Source: Treponemataceae bacterium | Lineage (GTDB): Bacteria > Spirochaetota > Spirochaetia > Treponematales > Rectinemataceae | NCBI GenBank assembly: GCA_963678065.2 | Contig: CAXXVZ010000002.1 | Coordinates: 96,001 to 160,000, forward strand | Direction: 5' to 3' | Length of the DNA stretch: 64,000 nt | In this document: positions 50,996 to 60,848 of the stretch, piece by piece | How the letters are laid out: each line of letters begins with the position of its first letter | How positions within the stretch are numbered: position 1 is the stretch's first letter | Notes under the pieces: generated by a model | Seen by the model: the letters and a program-made list of their open reading frames with translations, nothing else | What the model was told of the DNA's origin: nothing | The model's database searches: none | Made by a program: the position numbers and the translations under genes

Positions 50996-51365
50996 GTTCG
51001 GGCCGGGCTTAAGTCTGGAAGAAGCGGGAGAGCGAAGGTGAAGACTCCGCCTGTGCCCGAGGGACGAGGGCACGGGAAGGCGGAGGGAGAGACTGAAGCG
51101 GGATGAAAGAGAATACGGAATGGAAGGTTTCGGTTGAGAAAAGGGGTCCTGAGGTGCTTTGCACCCCAGGCGAAGTGGGAAAAATCGGCCTGTAGAAAAC
51201 ATATGCCCAGTCAATATGCATCGTTCAGGTTGCCGCTTTTCCCGGGATCCGATGAAGAAGTTGCCCTCAACCTGTTTCTTCGGTCTCACATGATCATTCA
51301 CGTGATGTTCGCCTGGCGAATGGCTTCGGATGGCCGGGACGATAAAAATCATGTATACTCATTCC

Positions 51366-52931
51366 ATGGAACGATTCTTCAATACGACGGGACCCTGCGA
51401 CCCCACCCGCCATTACATGCTACCGCCGGAAGATCGTCTCGTCGGCGCCCAACTCTCCCGCTATATCGGAAACTGGTTGTACTGGGTTCTCCACGCACCC
51501 CGGCAGACTGGCAAGACGACCTTCCTGCAGAGCTGGATGCGCGAGCTCAATGCCTCCGGCGAAGTTGTCGCCTGCTATGTAAGCGTGGAGCGATGTCAGG
51601 AGTTTCCGAAAGCCGAAGATGCCATGCCGGCAATCTGCTCGGCTATCATGGAATATGCACGAGCTTTTCTTGATGCATTATATGTGCCCCCTCGTCCTGA
51701 TATCGAGCCGGGGAGCATGCTGTCGGCCATTCTCATCGACTGGGCACGCATTGTCGCTCCCAAACCCCTCGTCGTCCTCTTCGACGAAGTCGATGTCCTT
51801 CAGGATCAGGCCCTCGTCAGTTTCCTCAGGCAGCTTCGTGGAGGCTTCGCGGCGCGTGGACCCGGGCTTTTCCCGACATCCGTGGCCCTCGTCGGCATGC
51901 GGGATCTGCGCGATTACCTTGTCCGGAGCAAGGATGGTATCTCTCTCAATCCGGGTAGCCCTTTCAATATAAAGGAAGATTCCAGCACGCTCGCCAACTT
52001 CTCCCGCGAAGATACGTATGCTCTGACAGGACAACACACTGCCGAGACTAGCCAGACATTTGCTTCCGAGGCTGTGGACAGAATATGGGATCTCACCCGC
52101 GGTCAGCCCTGGCTCACGAACGCACTCTGCAAGAAATGCGTCTGGACCCTCTGTCCGAATGGCGAGCCGGTCGGCGTCGATCAGATCGAAGAGGCGAGAG
52201 AGCTCCTCATCCGCGAGCGGGCTGTCCATCTGGATAGTCTTTCGGAGCGACTGCGCGATCCGAGAGTCAAACGAGTCGTACAGACCATTCTCGTTGGAGA
52301 ATCCCGTCCGGATCTCATGCGTGGCGACGATTTTCGCTTCACGCTCGACATGGGTCTTGTCACGATCGAGAATGGAACGCCTTCGATCGCCAACCCGATC
52401 TATCGCGAGATCATAGCGAGGGTTCTGTCCGAGGAATATCAACTCTCGATCCCGGCTCCCGAATTTCGCTGGAAAACGCCCGATGGCCGGCTCGACCTTG
52501 AAGCCCTCATGCGCGAGTTCCAGCGATTCTGGCGGCGTCACGCGGACATCTGGGAGGAGAAGGCGGACTACACCGAAGCTTTTCCCCACCTCCTTCTCAT
52601 GGCCTTCCTGCAACGCGTCGTGAATGGCGGCGGCAGGATCGAGCGGGAATACGCGGCTGGCAAGGGCCGGGTAGATCTCGCGGTATGGTTTGGCGGAGCC
52701 TGGTCCATCATCGAGATCAAGCTCGTGCATCCCCAGGAAGGGCGCAAGTCCACGATCGAGGAAGGTCTTGAACAGATCGAACGCTACCGCGACCACATCG
52801 ATCCAACAGCTCCGGCCTGCCTCGTCGTCTTTGACCGGACGACTGCCGGTCGCTTGAAGTCTTGGGAAGAGAGACTAAGCCGTGCGGAGTACGGGTCGGA
52901 TCCAGACAAGGTCGTGGTGTTCGGGGGATAA
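51366..52931 (+). CDS. AAA-like ATPase with C-terminal PD-(D/E)XK nuclease-like domain
   Basis: MERFFNTTGPC, Walker A APRQTGKTT, Walker B LFDEVD, SPFNI; C-terminal EREY..GRVDL..IEIK..Q..Y. Confidence 0.8.
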   Translation: MERFFNTTGPCDPTRHYMLPPEDRLVGAQLSRYIGNWLYWVLHAPRQTGKTTFLQSWMRELNASGEVVACYVSVERCQEFPKAEDAMPAICSAIMEYARAFLDALYVPPRPDIEPGSMLSAILIDWARIVAPKPLVVLFDEVDVLQDQALVSFLRQLRGGFAARGPGLFPTSVALVGMRDLRDYLVRSKDGISLNPGSPFNIKEDSSTLANFSREDTYALTGQHTAETSQTFASEAVDRIWDLTRGQPWLTNALCKKCVWTLCPNGEPVGVDQIEEARELLIRERAVHLDSLSERLRDPRVKRVVQTILVGESRPDLMRGDDFRFTLDMGLVTIENGTPSIANPIYREIIARVLSEEYQLSIPAPEFRWKTPDGRLDLEALMREFQRFWRRHADIWEEKADYTEAFPHLLLMAFLQRVVNGGGRIEREYAAGKGRVDLAVWFGGAWSIIEIKLVHPQEGRKSTIEEGLEQIERYRDHIDPTAPACLVVFDRTTAGRLKSWEERLSRAEYGSDPDKVVVFGG

Positions 52932-53095
52932 GGCGTCTATCGTCGGTCCTTTTCGGCGCATTTCGCAGAGAGGGAGGCACAGCGATTCGAAAAACTAGCT
53001 GGAAATTTTGGGTTGAGCCTTCATCTTTGCCACTATCTACCCCTGCGTGTGGCTTGGCGAGTTTCTGATCATCTCTTGTTATCAGAAATTCCAGT

Positions 53096-53293
53096 ACAGC
53101 GACGAACGCGGAAAGGAGACGCAATGAAAAGGGTCGGTGGGTTTAGCAAGATCGACGAGGCGAGGCGGAAACGGATGGCAGCGTTTTCCGAGGTCAAGAC
53201 CGACGAGATCGACCTGTCGGAAAAGGGTATCAGACCTTCATGAACGAGCTGCTTCGGAAAGATATGCAGGAAGCGCAAAAAGGGATGGCATAA
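53096..53293 (+). pseudogene. Degenerate BrnT/BrnA toxin-antitoxin remnant
   Basis: 53096-53146 reads TATNAERRRNEKGRWV* (BrnT-like tail). ATG at 53124 reads to ...DEIDLS. A different frame, 53219-53293, reads GKGYQTFMNELLRKDM (BrnA C-terminal motif). Confidence 0.65.
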
Positions 53294-53456
53294 TTCAAAT
53301 ATCCAGCGAATATGGTTTAGCTATTCGCCCTGATAAGGTCATCCAGAGTTTTCAGGATGGCCCTTCTTTTTGGCTCGGGGAGCCGCTCAAGTTCGCTATT
53401 ACGTTTGCTGCGCCACTCCGACAGGTCATGATCGCGGCTGTCGGAGTAGCATACTT

Positions 53457-55412
53457 TCAGTACAGATCGATCGCAAACACCCGCACCGCCGGGCTGCCCC
53501 AGGTTTCGCAGGCGGTGAAGCGCAGTCGCGCCGTCCGCGTTCCTTCGGGTAGGGCCAGCCGCACGAGGCGCTGGTGGTTGTCTGTCACATACGCGATTTC
53601 TCTCCAGGCTCTAGATTCCTCGCCGCCCGCCACACCTGATATGCCGGTACCGGTGCCACAACACTCCGGGCCTGCTTTCCCGACAAGGGCTTCAACCTTG
53701 AAACATTTCACGATCTGCGGCGGCACGGCGAAATCCTGACTCGCCATGGTGTAGTACGAAACCATGTTGTGCGTCGTGCGATTGAGGTCGGAATCGAAGA
53801 CGAGACGGATCGACGAAAGTTCGACGGAAGAGCCGAAATCGAAGGTCACGCTGTCGCCCGGGAGTGCGTCCCAGCTGTTGCGTTCCCGGCCGATCTGGCG
53901 GTCGAGCCCATTGCGCAGTTGCTCCGGGTCTCCGCGACTGGCCGACAGGGCGGCGCCCGATGTGAGGGCGTTGATGGCGCGGCGGTTGAAGGGCAGGTAG
54001 CAGTCGTCCTCCATGAGGCTCTGCTTGAGTTCGGAGAGGCGCTCGAGGTAGACGCCGCGGGGCGACAACCCCGCGCGGGCCGCGATGGCCGCCGCCGTGC
54101 CCACTGCCTGCCCCAGGGTCGAGCAGGTGGCCATGACCCGCGTCGAGCTGAGGGCGCTGTGTGTCGCCGAGATGTTGCGTCCCGCGAAGAAGAGATTGTC
54201 GACGTTGCGCGAATACAGGCTCCGGTAGGGAATGCCGTAGGGTGAGGGGGCCGGATGGAAGATCGTGCCGGCTTCTTTCTTGTAGAAACCCTCGGGGAAG
54301 TGGTCGTCCATGGTCCAGCCGCCGTAGGCGACGATGTCCTCGAAGTGCCTGCCCGCCGCTTCGACGTCATTCTGGTTGAGGATGTGATCGCCGACGAATC
54401 GCCTCGACTCGCGCTTTCCCGGAAGAAAGCCGACCCAGTCGAGCGCCCAGTTGTCGGCTCCGTGGTCGCCGCGGTTCTTGATGTGATCCCAGACGCCGAA
54501 GGCTATCTTGAGGAGTTCGTCGCGCAGCTCCTCCTTGTCGTGGATCGTGTCCTGCATGCCGCCGACCTCGAGCCACCAGAAGTTCTGCGTGCCGGCGATC
54601 GTGTGCCCCCGCTCGGGCAGCTGGCCGTCGGTATCGTAGCGGTAGGCCCAGGAGGGCGGAATGAACTTCTGGGGCCTGTCCGTCTCGCGCGCCTGGATGA
54701 GGCAGGAGAGCCCCATCGTGCGCTTGTCCGCAGCTTCCGGCGCGATGGATTCCCCGAACTCGGATCTCGCCTCGCGGCCCATGCGGAACTCCGCGCCGGC
54801 GAGTGCCCCGAGGAGGCCGTCGCCCGTGCAGTCCGCGAAGAGCTTCGCCGAGACGACGACGCGGGACTCCGTCGTCATCTGCACGCCCTCGACGGAGAGG
54901 ATACGTCGACCAACTGCTGTGCCCGGGCCACTCGCGCCGGCGCCCGGCCCATGGGGCAGGCCGGGAACACCAGGGACAGGTCCCGTCCCCGCGTCCATCG
55001 CAGCGCCGGCGCCCTCCGCCACCACCTTGTTCACATAGGTGTTCAGGAGGAGGACGAGGTTCTCCTGGAAGCGCGCCTTCTCATAGAGGATCGAGTCCCA
55101 GATGGAGTAGTTCGGCCAGGTGTTTCGCCAGAGATTTTCGAGGAGGATCTCCTCGACGATGCCCGTCTCGTGATTGTTGTCCACACCGTCAGGTGCGCCA
55201 TCCGGGTTGACGCGGCCGGTCTCATGGCTGTTGTCGCTGTGCGCCCCGCAGATCCACATGCGGATCTCGCTCGAGGCGTTGCCGCCCAGCACCGGCCTGT
55301 CCTGAACGAGAGCGACCTTCGTGCCACGCCGCGCGGCTGCAATGGCAGCCGAAAGTCCGGCAAGACCGCCGCCCACCACGCAGAAATCCACCTCATGGAA
55401 AATGTCACGCAT
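53457..55412 (-). CDS. FAD-dependent oxidoreductase with C-terminal beta-sandwich-like domain
   Basis: VVGGGLAG, LGGNASSEIR, DCTGDG, KRESRR, GWTMDDH, IPYRSLYS, STRVMATC. Confidence 0.85.
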   Translation of the reverse strand: MRDIFHEVDFCVVGGGLAGLSAAIAAARRGTKVALVQDRPVLGGNASSEIRMWICGAHSDNSHETGRVNPDGAPDGVDNNHETGIVEEILLENLWRNTWPNYSIWDSILYEKARFQENLVLLLNTYVNKVVAEGAGAAMDAGTGPVPGVPGLPHGPGAGASGPGTAVGRRILSVEGVQMTTESRVVVSAKLFADCTGDGLLGALAGAEFRMGREARSEFGESIAPEAADKRTMGLSCLIQARETDRPQKFIPPSWAYRYDTDGQLPERGHTIAGTQNFWWLEVGGMQDTIHDKEELRDELLKIAFGVWDHIKNRGDHGADNWALDWVGFLPGKRESRRFVGDHILNQNDVEAAGRHFEDIVAYGGWTMDDHFPEGFYKKEAGTIFHPAPSPYGIPYRSLYSRNVDNLFFAGRNISATHSALSSTRVMATCSTLGQAVGTAAAIAARAGLSPRGVYLERLSELKQSLMEDDCYLPFNRRAINALTSGAALSASRGDPEQLRNGLDRQIGRERNSWDALPGDSVTFDFGSSVELSSIRLVFDSDLNRTTHNMVSYYTMASQDFAVPPQIVKCFKVEALVGKAGPECCGTGTGISGVAGGEESRAWREIAYVTDNHQRLVRLALPEGTRTARLRFTACETWGSPAVRVFAIDLY

Positions 55413-56637
55413 GATTGCCTCCGAATCTGTCGCCCTCGTCGAGGAAGGCGAGATAATTGTCGCGCATCCGGTCGTCGAGGACTGGATGGAATGGTCCCGC
55501 GCTGGGCGAGAGAATGAAGCGCCGTCCCTTCGCCTGCGAAAGGACGCGGCGCACCTCGGCGCGCATCGCCAGAGGCTCGAGGGCGCGGAATTCGTCGTAC
55601 TGGATGGTTCCGATCAGGGCGATCCTGTCGTCGACCTTCGCGAGAGCCTCGGAAAGCGGACAGTTGCCGACGGGCGGCTCCTCGATGGTGTGCAGGCCGT
55701 CGGGCGCGAGCCAGAGAAAATCGTCCAGAAGATCGCGGATCTGCCCGTGGAAGTGAGTGATGACGAACTTCCCGTATGAGTGGACGAGGTCGATCAGCTC
55801 CTTCTGGAAGGGCAGGATCCACTCGCGGAAAGTCTCGCGGCTCACCATGGGCGGCGCGGCGAGTTCACTCCCGACCATGAAGTAGATGTCGGCGAGATCC
55901 CGCTCGAGGCACCAGCGGTATTTTTCGATGAAATGCTTCTGGAGGCGCCCGAGAAAGGCCGTGATCTCCTCCCTGCGGGTCAGGGACCATATCGGATATT
56001 CCAGCAGATTGGCGGCGCCGTAGAGGACGCCGATCGGTTCGCCCAGGTCGAGCATCATCGCGCCCGTATCGATCGGGAATGCCACCTTCTCCGCGAGGTA
56101 TCCGGGAAGATATGCCGAGAGCGCCGACTCGATTGCGGCCGGCTCGTCCAGTACGGGCAGGGAAAGGAAAACATCGAGATCCTCCTCCGAATCGAGGAAG
56201 CGCCCGGCAGCCGTCAGGACGGCTGCAGAAGTGGCCGTCAAAGCGCTGGCCGAGGGGCCTGACAAGGCGCCTGCCGGACTGAGGCCCGTACTACCCGACA
56301 GAGCGCCTGCCGGATGGGTACCCGTGTTCGTGGTGTTCGCGGCCTCCGCCGCTCTCGTCGAAACCTCCTGCGTGCTGAGAGCCCGGGGCAGGCTCGACCG
56401 GAAAGTCTTCTCCGGAAAGGCCGCGCGAAAATCCCGGACGAACACCTCGATATCGAAATTGCGCCGGTTCAGTATCGAGGCTTTTTGCGTCATCGCCTCG
56501 ACGACGGGCGCGTAGCTCGGCTCCTTCCGCACGTCGGTGTAATACGTCGTGCGATCCCAGGGAAAGAGGAGCCATATCGGCGCGCGGTCGACCGGCTCTC
56601 CGCGCAGGACAGCCAGAATGCGTTCACGGTTTGTCAT
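55405..56637 (-). CDS. Uroporphyrinogen decarboxylase / MtaA-like superfamily protein
   Basis: MTNRERILAVLRGEPVDRAP, MVSRETFREWILP, HFHG, RFILSPS. Confidence 0.72.
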   Translation of the reverse strand: MTNRERILAVLRGEPVDRAPIWLLFPWDRTTYYTDVRKEPSYAPVVEAMTQKASILNRRNFDIEVFVRDFRAAFPEKTFRSSLPRALSTQEVSTRAAEAANTTNTGTHPAGALSGSTGLSPAGALSGPSASALTATSAAVLTAAGRFLDSEEDLDVFLSLPVLDEPAAIESALSAYLPGYLAEKVAFPIDTGAMMLDLGEPIGVLYGAANLLEYPIWSLTRREEITAFLGRLQKHFIEKYRWCLERDLADIYFMVGSELAAPPMVSRETFREWILPFQKELIDLVHSYGKFVITHFHGQIRDLLDDFLWLAPDGLHTIEEPPVGNCPLSEALAKVDDRIALIGTIQYDEFRALEPLAMRAEVRRVLSQAKGRRFILSPSAGPFHPVLDDRMRDNYLAFLDEGDRFGGNHA

Positions 56638-56751
56638 AGTCGCAATTTTAATCCCCTTTTTCCGATCAGACCTCGACATGCCCGCCCGATTTACTGGACA
56701 AACGTGCAATTATTCCTTGTCAAAGGCCTGTATCCATGCGAACATGGGAAT

Positions 56752-57729
56752 ATGCCCGCGCGCGATGTCCTCATCGACTACCTGGACTGCATCGAAAGGA
56801 TGGGTTACGAAGTCACCATCAATGATTTTTCGGGCCTCATCGTCTCAGATGAGACAGAATCGGCCCGACTCGCCGCCTATTTTATCCACCGAAACCCCTT
56901 CTGCATGTTTGTAAAGTCCAGTGCGTGGCTCTGGAACGAATGTCTCAGGAGGAAATCCGGGCTCTGTGCGGCCGCGGCCAGGCGTCCGGAGGGCTTCAGG
57001 GGTCTGTGCTTCTGCGGCAGGGAAGAGTACATCATGCCCGTCATGCGCGACGGAATCGTCCTCGCGACCATCGGGCTCGGAGGCTTTTCGACCGACAGAG
57101 CTTCAAGTCTCGGCCGCGCCGCACGCCACTGCGAGGAAACAGAGTCAGGGACAAGCTCAAGCGCGGGAGCGCGCATAGGAGCAGAGGCAGGAATGGAAGC
57201 CCGGACGGGAGAGAGCGGGGCCGCTTCAGCCGGAAAATCGCTCGCCAGCCGCTTCGACCTGGCGGCGCGGAGGCCTGCGCCCGATCCAGCCGACGCGCGC
57301 GCCCTTCTCGGCATGGCCGCCTCAGCTGTCGGCTGCCTCTACGAATCTCTCGAAGCCGCGAAGGGCTGCCTCATGGTCCCGGAGGCCGCCCGGCTTTCGC
57401 GCGAGCGCCGCCTCGTCCTCCACGCCGCGGAATACCTGCGCCAGCACGCGACCGAATCGGTCGGAGCGCGACAGGTCGCGCGGGCATGCCACATTTCGGT
57501 ATCGACGCTGAGCCACATCTTCAAATCGACGATGGGACGGAGCCTGCGCGCCTACCTCCTGGGCCTGAGGCTGGATCTGGCCAAAAAAAAACTCAAAGAA
57601 GGCCACTCGGTCACCGATGCGGCCCTCTCCTCGGGCTTCGAGGACCCGAACTATTTCTCCCGCGCCTTCTCCCGCGCCGAAGGCCTGCCACCCGGCAGAT
57701 GGGCAGGAAAGCGCCATGAATCTGCTTGA
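56752..57729 (+). CDS. AraC-family regulator with PocR-like sensor domain
   Basis: HRNPFCMFVKS, CFCGREEY; C-terminal double HTH ending SGFEDPNYFSRAF. Confidence 0.85.
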   Translation: MPARDVLIDYLDCIERMGYEVTINDFSGLIVSDETESARLAAYFIHRNPFCMFVKSSAWLWNECLRRKSGLCAAAARRPEGFRGLCFCGREEYIMPVMRDGIVLATIGLGGFSTDRASSLGRAARHCEETESGTSSSAGARIGAEAGMEARTGESGAASAGKSLASRFDLAARRPAPDPADARALLGMAASAVGCLYESLEAAKGCLMVPEAARLSRERRLVLHAAEYLRQHATESVGARQVARACHISVSTLSHIFKSTMGRSLRAYLLGLRLDLAKKKLKEGHSVTDAALSSGFEDPNYFSRAFSRAEGLPPGRWAGKRHESA

Positions 57730-58633
57730 GCCGGAAACCCTTCCCGAACGCTTCCGCATCCTCGAGCGCGACCGCGATCCCATGATCGGCCGTCTTCGCT
57801 TCTGCCCGACCATGGCGGACCGCCAGAACAATATGCCGGGTCTGTGCTGCGAGGACCGCGTCATCGGCGACTGCGAGCTCATCTACTATATCGGCGGCCT
57901 GGGAGAAGTCATCCTTTCGGGTCGACGATACGCCTGCCGCGCCGGAACCGTTCTCCTCATCCGCCCATGGGAAGTCCACAGTATCAACTCTTCCCTCGGA
58001 TCGCCGCACGACAATTTCTGGACCCACTTCACCGTCGAGCCGGACTGCCTCACGGAAGCGGTGACACGCGCGGCATTCCCCGACAGCGCCCGCATCGCGG
58101 AGATCGGGCCGCAAGAAGACCTGATCGGCCTCTTCGCGAATCTGGATCACGAAATCGCCGCAAAGGCTCCTGCGTATCCGGAAGCCGCGACGGCCCTGTT
58201 CACGGCGATCTTCCTCCGGGTCTGGCGCGCCGCGACCGGCTCCACTTCCCTGCCCGCGCCTGTCCGCGCGCGCGGACAGACCGAAGTACAGGGAGCCGAC
58301 CCGGGCCCGGAGGAAGCGCTTCTGTGCGCGATCGAGTCCTTCGTCAGGAAGCGCCTCGCCGGGCCTCTCGACACCGAAACCCTGTGCCGCGAATTCGCGA
58401 TCGGCAGGACGAGTCTCTTCACCCTCTTCCGCCGCGCGCGAGGCATGGGCCCGGCGTCATTCATTCGCAGGGAGCGGCTCCGCGCCGCCGAACACCTTCT
58501 CAAGACGGGCGATCTCCCTCTCAAGGACATCGCCGGCCGCTCGGGCTTCGCCGACGCCTTCCACCTGAGCCACGCCTTCAAGGAGGCATACGGCGCGAGT
58601 CCCCGCGACTGGCTCGCATCCCTCCGCGCCTGA
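57716..58633 (+). CDS. AraC-family regulator with cupin domain
   Basis: Cupin LLIRPWEVHS; IAGRSGFADAFHLSHAFKEAYGASP. Confidence 0.85.
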   Translation: MNLLEPETLPERFRILERDRDPMIGRLRFCPTMADRQNNMPGLCCEDRVIGDCELIYYIGGLGEVILSGRRYACRAGTVLLIRPWEVHSINSSLGSPHDNFWTHFTVEPDCLTEAVTRAAFPDSARIAEIGPQEDLIGLFANLDHEIAAKAPAYPEAATALFTAIFLRVWRAATGSTSLPAPVRARGQTEVQGADPGPEEALLCAIESFVRKRLAGPLDTETLCREFAIGRTSLFTLFRRARGMGPASFIRRERLRAAEHLLKTGDLPLKDIAGRSGFADAFHLSHAFKEAYGASPRDWLASLRA

Positions 58634-58787
58634 TCCTGAAGCGGGTCTACTACCCGGAAGACCGCAGCCCGCCGCGAGCCTGCGGACTTGTCGATTCGTA
58701 CGCTCCGACATGCCGCGCGGACTTCCCGCCATGGCCCGGCCGGCCGATCCTGAGCGAAAATCATGCGCGGATGCGCAAGGAGGGACC

Positions 58788-59909
58788 ATGGACTACCATC
58801 TCGGACTGAAAGAGGATGCGGGAAAAGTCATCGATCGTTTCGAGGCTTTCTATCAAGGCGAAATCATCGACAGGGCGCTCGTATCCATGACGGTCCGCAG
58901 GCCTGATTCTCCCGGCCCCGGAGCGCGCGCGGCTTTCGGAAAATCCGGCACCTGCACGGAACCGTCATACCGGGATCTGGAGGAGCGATGGCTCGACGTG
59001 GAAGGCCGGGCCGAGAGGGCAGCGCGCGATATCGGACAGCACGAGTTCATCGGAGATACCCTCCCCGTCATCTGGCCGAACATGGGGCCCGAGATATTCA
59101 GCGCCTGTTGCGGATGCGGCTACGTCTTCGGCGAGGAGACTGCCTGGAGCGAGCCCGCCATCATCGACTGGGAGCGCGACGGACCGAAGGCGCGCTTCGA
59201 CCCCGAGCACCCCTATTTCCGAGCGGTACTCCGCTTCACGGAAGCCCTCATCGGACTCTCGGAAGGCCGGTACATCGTCGGCCTCACGGACTTCCATCCT
59301 GGCGGCGACCATCTTGCGGCCCTGCGCGACCCGGCGAATCTCGCGATGGACCTGATCGACGACCCCGGACGGGTCAAAGCCTTGCTCTCCCGTTCGCAGA
59401 CCGAATACTTCGACGCCTACGACAGGCTCTACGCGCCGATAGCGCGGGCCGGCATGCCCGCGACCAGCTGGATCAACGCGCCAGCCTTCGGCAGATTCTA
59501 CATTCCATCCTGCGATTTCGCTGCCCTCATCTCGACCCGGCAATTTGAGGAGTTTTTCCTGCCCGGCCTCATCGACGAGTGCCGCTTCTACGACCGATCC
59601 ATCTACCACATGGATGGCCCTGGCCAGATCCGTCACCTCGACAGCATCCTCTCGATCCCGCGCCTCAACGCCATCCAGTGGGTCCCCGGTGCCGGCCACG
59701 AGGAGCTCGCGCAGTGGATACCGCTCCTGAAACGCATCCGTTCGGGCGGCAAGTCGGTCATGGTCTACTGCAGAATTTCCGAACTCGACCTCGTCTTCGA
59801 CAACTTCCGCCCCGAGGGCATCTGGCTTCTCCCTTCGGATGTCGACGACGGCGAGACCGCCCGGGCAGTGCTGAGACGCGTGGAAAAATGGAAGGCTCCC
59901 GCGCGGTAG
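58788..59909 (+). CDS. UROD/methyltransferase superfamily protein (uncharacterised subtype)
   Basis: PNMGP, ETAWS, DHLAALR, SCDF, YHMDGP, IQWVPG. Confidence 0.65.
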   Translation: MDYHLGLKEDAGKVIDRFEAFYQGEIIDRALVSMTVRRPDSPGPGARAAFGKSGTCTEPSYRDLEERWLDVEGRAERAARDIGQHEFIGDTLPVIWPNMGPEIFSACCGCGYVFGEETAWSEPAIIDWERDGPKARFDPEHPYFRAVLRFTEALIGLSEGRYIVGLTDFHPGGDHLAALRDPANLAMDLIDDPGRVKALLSRSQTEYFDAYDRLYAPIARAGMPATSWINAPAFGRFYIPSCDFAALISTRQFEEFFLPGLIDECRFYDRSIYHMDGPGQIRHLDSILSIPRLNAIQWVPGAGHEELAQWIPLLKRIRSGGKSVMVYCRISELDLVFDNFRPEGIWLLPSDVDDGETARAVLRRVEKWKAPAR

Positions 59910-59981
59910 GCCTTGGGCCGCCAGACGCGAGAAATGAACGAACCCCGCAGCAGAGTTTCAAGGTATGGCCCCGCCTGCAAA

Positions 59982-60848
59982 TCAACCCTTTACTGCACCG
60001 GCCGTGAGCCCCTTGATGAAATACTTCTGCCCCGCGAGGAAGACCATGATCATGGGGAACATCGCCGATACCGATGCGGCCATGATGATGGAATAATCCG
60101 ACAGGTTCTCGTCGATGAAGCCAGCCAGGGCGACGGGTATCGTGTAGAATTTCGAGCGCGTCAGAAAAATGAGGGGCTCGAGAAAGCTGTTCCAGTTCCA
60201 CATGAAGGTGAGGACGGCGAGGGAGGCTATGGCAGGAAGCGCGAGGGGCAGCATCACCCGCCGCCAGATAGCGAATTCCCTGGCCCCGTCGATCTTGGCT
60301 GACTCGCGCAGCGAATCGGGAAGCTGCATGAAATACTGGCGCATGAGGAAGGTCCCCGTCGGAGTGACGAGCGAGGGAAGGATGATCGGCCAGTGCGTCC
60401 CCATCATGCCGAGCTTGTCGAACAGGATGAATTTGGGTATGAGAACCACTTCCTGCGGTATCATCATCGTCGACAGGTAGAGAAGGAAGAGGAAGTCGCG
60501 CCCCTTGAAGCGCAGCTTCGCGAAGGCGTATCCCGCGAGCGAGCTCGTAAACACGGCCCCGATCACGTTGATTCCCGTGACCTTGATCGAGTTGAAATAC
60601 GAGAGGGCGAACTTGTAATTCCGCGGCGCCTCGGGCAGGACGTTCCAGACGATGCCGTAATTCTGCCAGCGGAAGGTCTTGGGTATCCACCGGATCGGGA
60701 ACTCGAATATCTCCCCGGGCAATTTGAACGAGGCCGAAATCATCCAGACGAAGGGCGCTACGGCGGTGAGCGCGATGCCGAACACGAAAAGCGTGGCGAC
60801 GAAACGGATGATGCTGTCTTTTGTTTTCTGCGCGGCGAATCCCTGCAT
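59982..60848 (-). CDS. Carbohydrate ABC permease (MalG-like)
   Basis: AGYAFAKL, ESAKIDGA, WNWNSFL. Confidence 0.92.
   Translation of the reverse strand: MQGFAAQKTKDSIIRFVATLFVFGIALTAVAPFVWMISASFKLPGEIFEFPIRWIPKTFRWQNYGIVWNVLPEAPRNYKFALSYFNSIKVTGINVIGAVFTSSLAGYAFAKLRFKGRDFLFLLYLSTMMIPQEVVLIPKFILFDKLGMMGTHWPIILPSLVTPTGTFLMRQYFMQLPDSLRESAKIDGAREFAIWRRVMLPLALPAIASLAVLTFMWNWNSFLEPLIFLTRSKFYTIPVALAGFIDENLSDYSIIMAASVSAMFPMIMVFLAGQKYFIKGLTAGAVKG

Noticed and set aside
50996..51365. Local DGR template repeat or RT
   Set aside because: No AAC-rich copy of the variable region and no RT motif here or elsewhere in the window.
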